Origin: Octopus sinensis
Taxonomy: Eukaryota
Reading direction: 5' to 3'
DNA length: 64,000 nucleotides
NCBI RefSeq assembly: GCF_006345805.1
Contig: NC_043001.1
Location: 43,214,001 to 43,278,000 of the forward strand
The notes below the pieces were generated by a model, which saw only the letters and a program-made list of their open reading frames with translations, had not been told where the DNA came from and did no database searches. This document shows positions 63,133 through 64,000 of the stretch, piece by piece. The translations under genes and the position numbers were made by a program. The first letter of the stretch is position 1. Each line of letters starts with the position of its first letter.

Positions 63133-63184
63133 GACAATCACTCGCCTTTGGTATCAGACCTGATGCCAAAGGCGAGTGATTGTC
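63133..63184. mobile_element. 52-bp palindromic mini-MITE with 8-bp TSD
   Basis: 25-bp arms with 1 mismatch and a 2-nt centre. GTGATGTC at 63125-63132 and 63185-63192. Confidence 0.8.
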
Positions 63185-63266
63185 GTGATGTCTGTAACTA
63201 CAAATTTAGACAGATTACTTTAATCGGATCTTTTCGGTGTCCAAATGCAATGTTCTCTCTTATGAA

Positions 63267-63440
63267 GGCGGCGAGCTAGCAGAAAAGCTAACGTGAGAAA
63301 AATGCTTAGCGGCATTTCTTCTGGCTCTTTTTGTTCTGAGCTCAAATTCCACCGAGGTTGACTGCCTTTCGGGGTCAATAAAATAAGTACCAGTTGAACA
63401 CTGGAGATCGATGTAATCGATTAACCCCTCCCTCTAAAAT
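63267..63440 (+). mobile_element. tRNA-SINE family B
   Basis: ggcggcgagctagcagaa...ctttcggggtcaataaaataagtaccagttg. Confidence 0.8.
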
Positions 63441-63489
63441 CGCTGACTCAAATCTTGTAAGCATAAAAAAACCATAGATATTAGACACA

Positions 63490-64000
63490 AATAATAATAA
63501 TAATAATAAAAAAAAAAACATTGTGTACAGTGCTGAGGTGCACTACAACTCATCTAAAGTGTATGTATAATCAGATGTAGTTTCGGCGGATTTCGGAAAG
63601 CATGAGGGCCTTAAAGGATGCAGTGTCATGGCAGGCAACAACTGACGCCGGAGCTTCAGTGAATCCATGCCCAGGGAAACAAGGCGCTCAGAGTATGGTA
63701 GGTGTCTGCTGGAGGGTATGCGTTTGGTTGCACGTCTCTGAACAGATTCCAGGAGGTCAATGTTCTGAGCAAGATAGGGGTTCCAAATTGATGATGCAAA
63801 TCCCAAGTGTGGTCGTACCATAGCTGTATACAGCTTTAAATAGATGGCTGGAGAGCGGCTAACAAAAGTCTTGCTGAGTGATGCCAAGACACCCTCGGCC
63901 TTCTTGACAATTTTAGAGATATGCTTTGTCCAACGCAAATCACTGCTGACAGTGATGCCTAGGTCACGCTCGCAAGAGGATTTCTTGATATCAGTGTTGT
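63490..64000 (-). mobile_element. CR1-clade LINE 3' fragment (RT C-terminus, 3'UTR, (ATT)n tail), runs off the window
   Basis: ERDLG...LYTAMVRPHL..ASSIWNPY...LESVQRRATKRIP...PYSERL..LG..SLKLRR is the CR1 RT C-terminal signature. Confidence 0.9.

Overview
AT-rich, repeat-dense animal genomic DNA. The SINE and LINE families look cephalopod, probably Octopus; this is an inference. I can support three host genes. ANAPC13 is on the - strand with a single coding exon at 13613-13840. PRDM10 is complete on the + strand: 13 phase-consistent coding exons at 33555-55189, about 1483 aa, with a Zn-knuckle, PR/SET domain and 12 C2H2 fingers. The first coding exon of TMEM218 (+, 62605-62711) is missed by the ORF track and has an RFX X-box and a probable GC donor. 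The rest is transposon debris: RTE and CR1 LINEs, Penelope-like (PLE) fragments, three tRNA-SINE families, Helitrons, piggyBac, Tc1, mariner, several MITEs with 8-bp TSDs, and a 5'-truncated 5S rRNA copy. The best candidate for something undescribed is a Penelope-RTE composite retroelement. A PLE GIY-YIG 3' end with a hammerhead-like motif lies directly upstream of an RTE LINE, and a second RTE derivative again abuts PLE sequence. The window also has a cluster of short locally templated duplications and foldbacks, including a copy of PRDM10 coding sequence downstream of the gene. All alignments were done by eye; no database searches were run.
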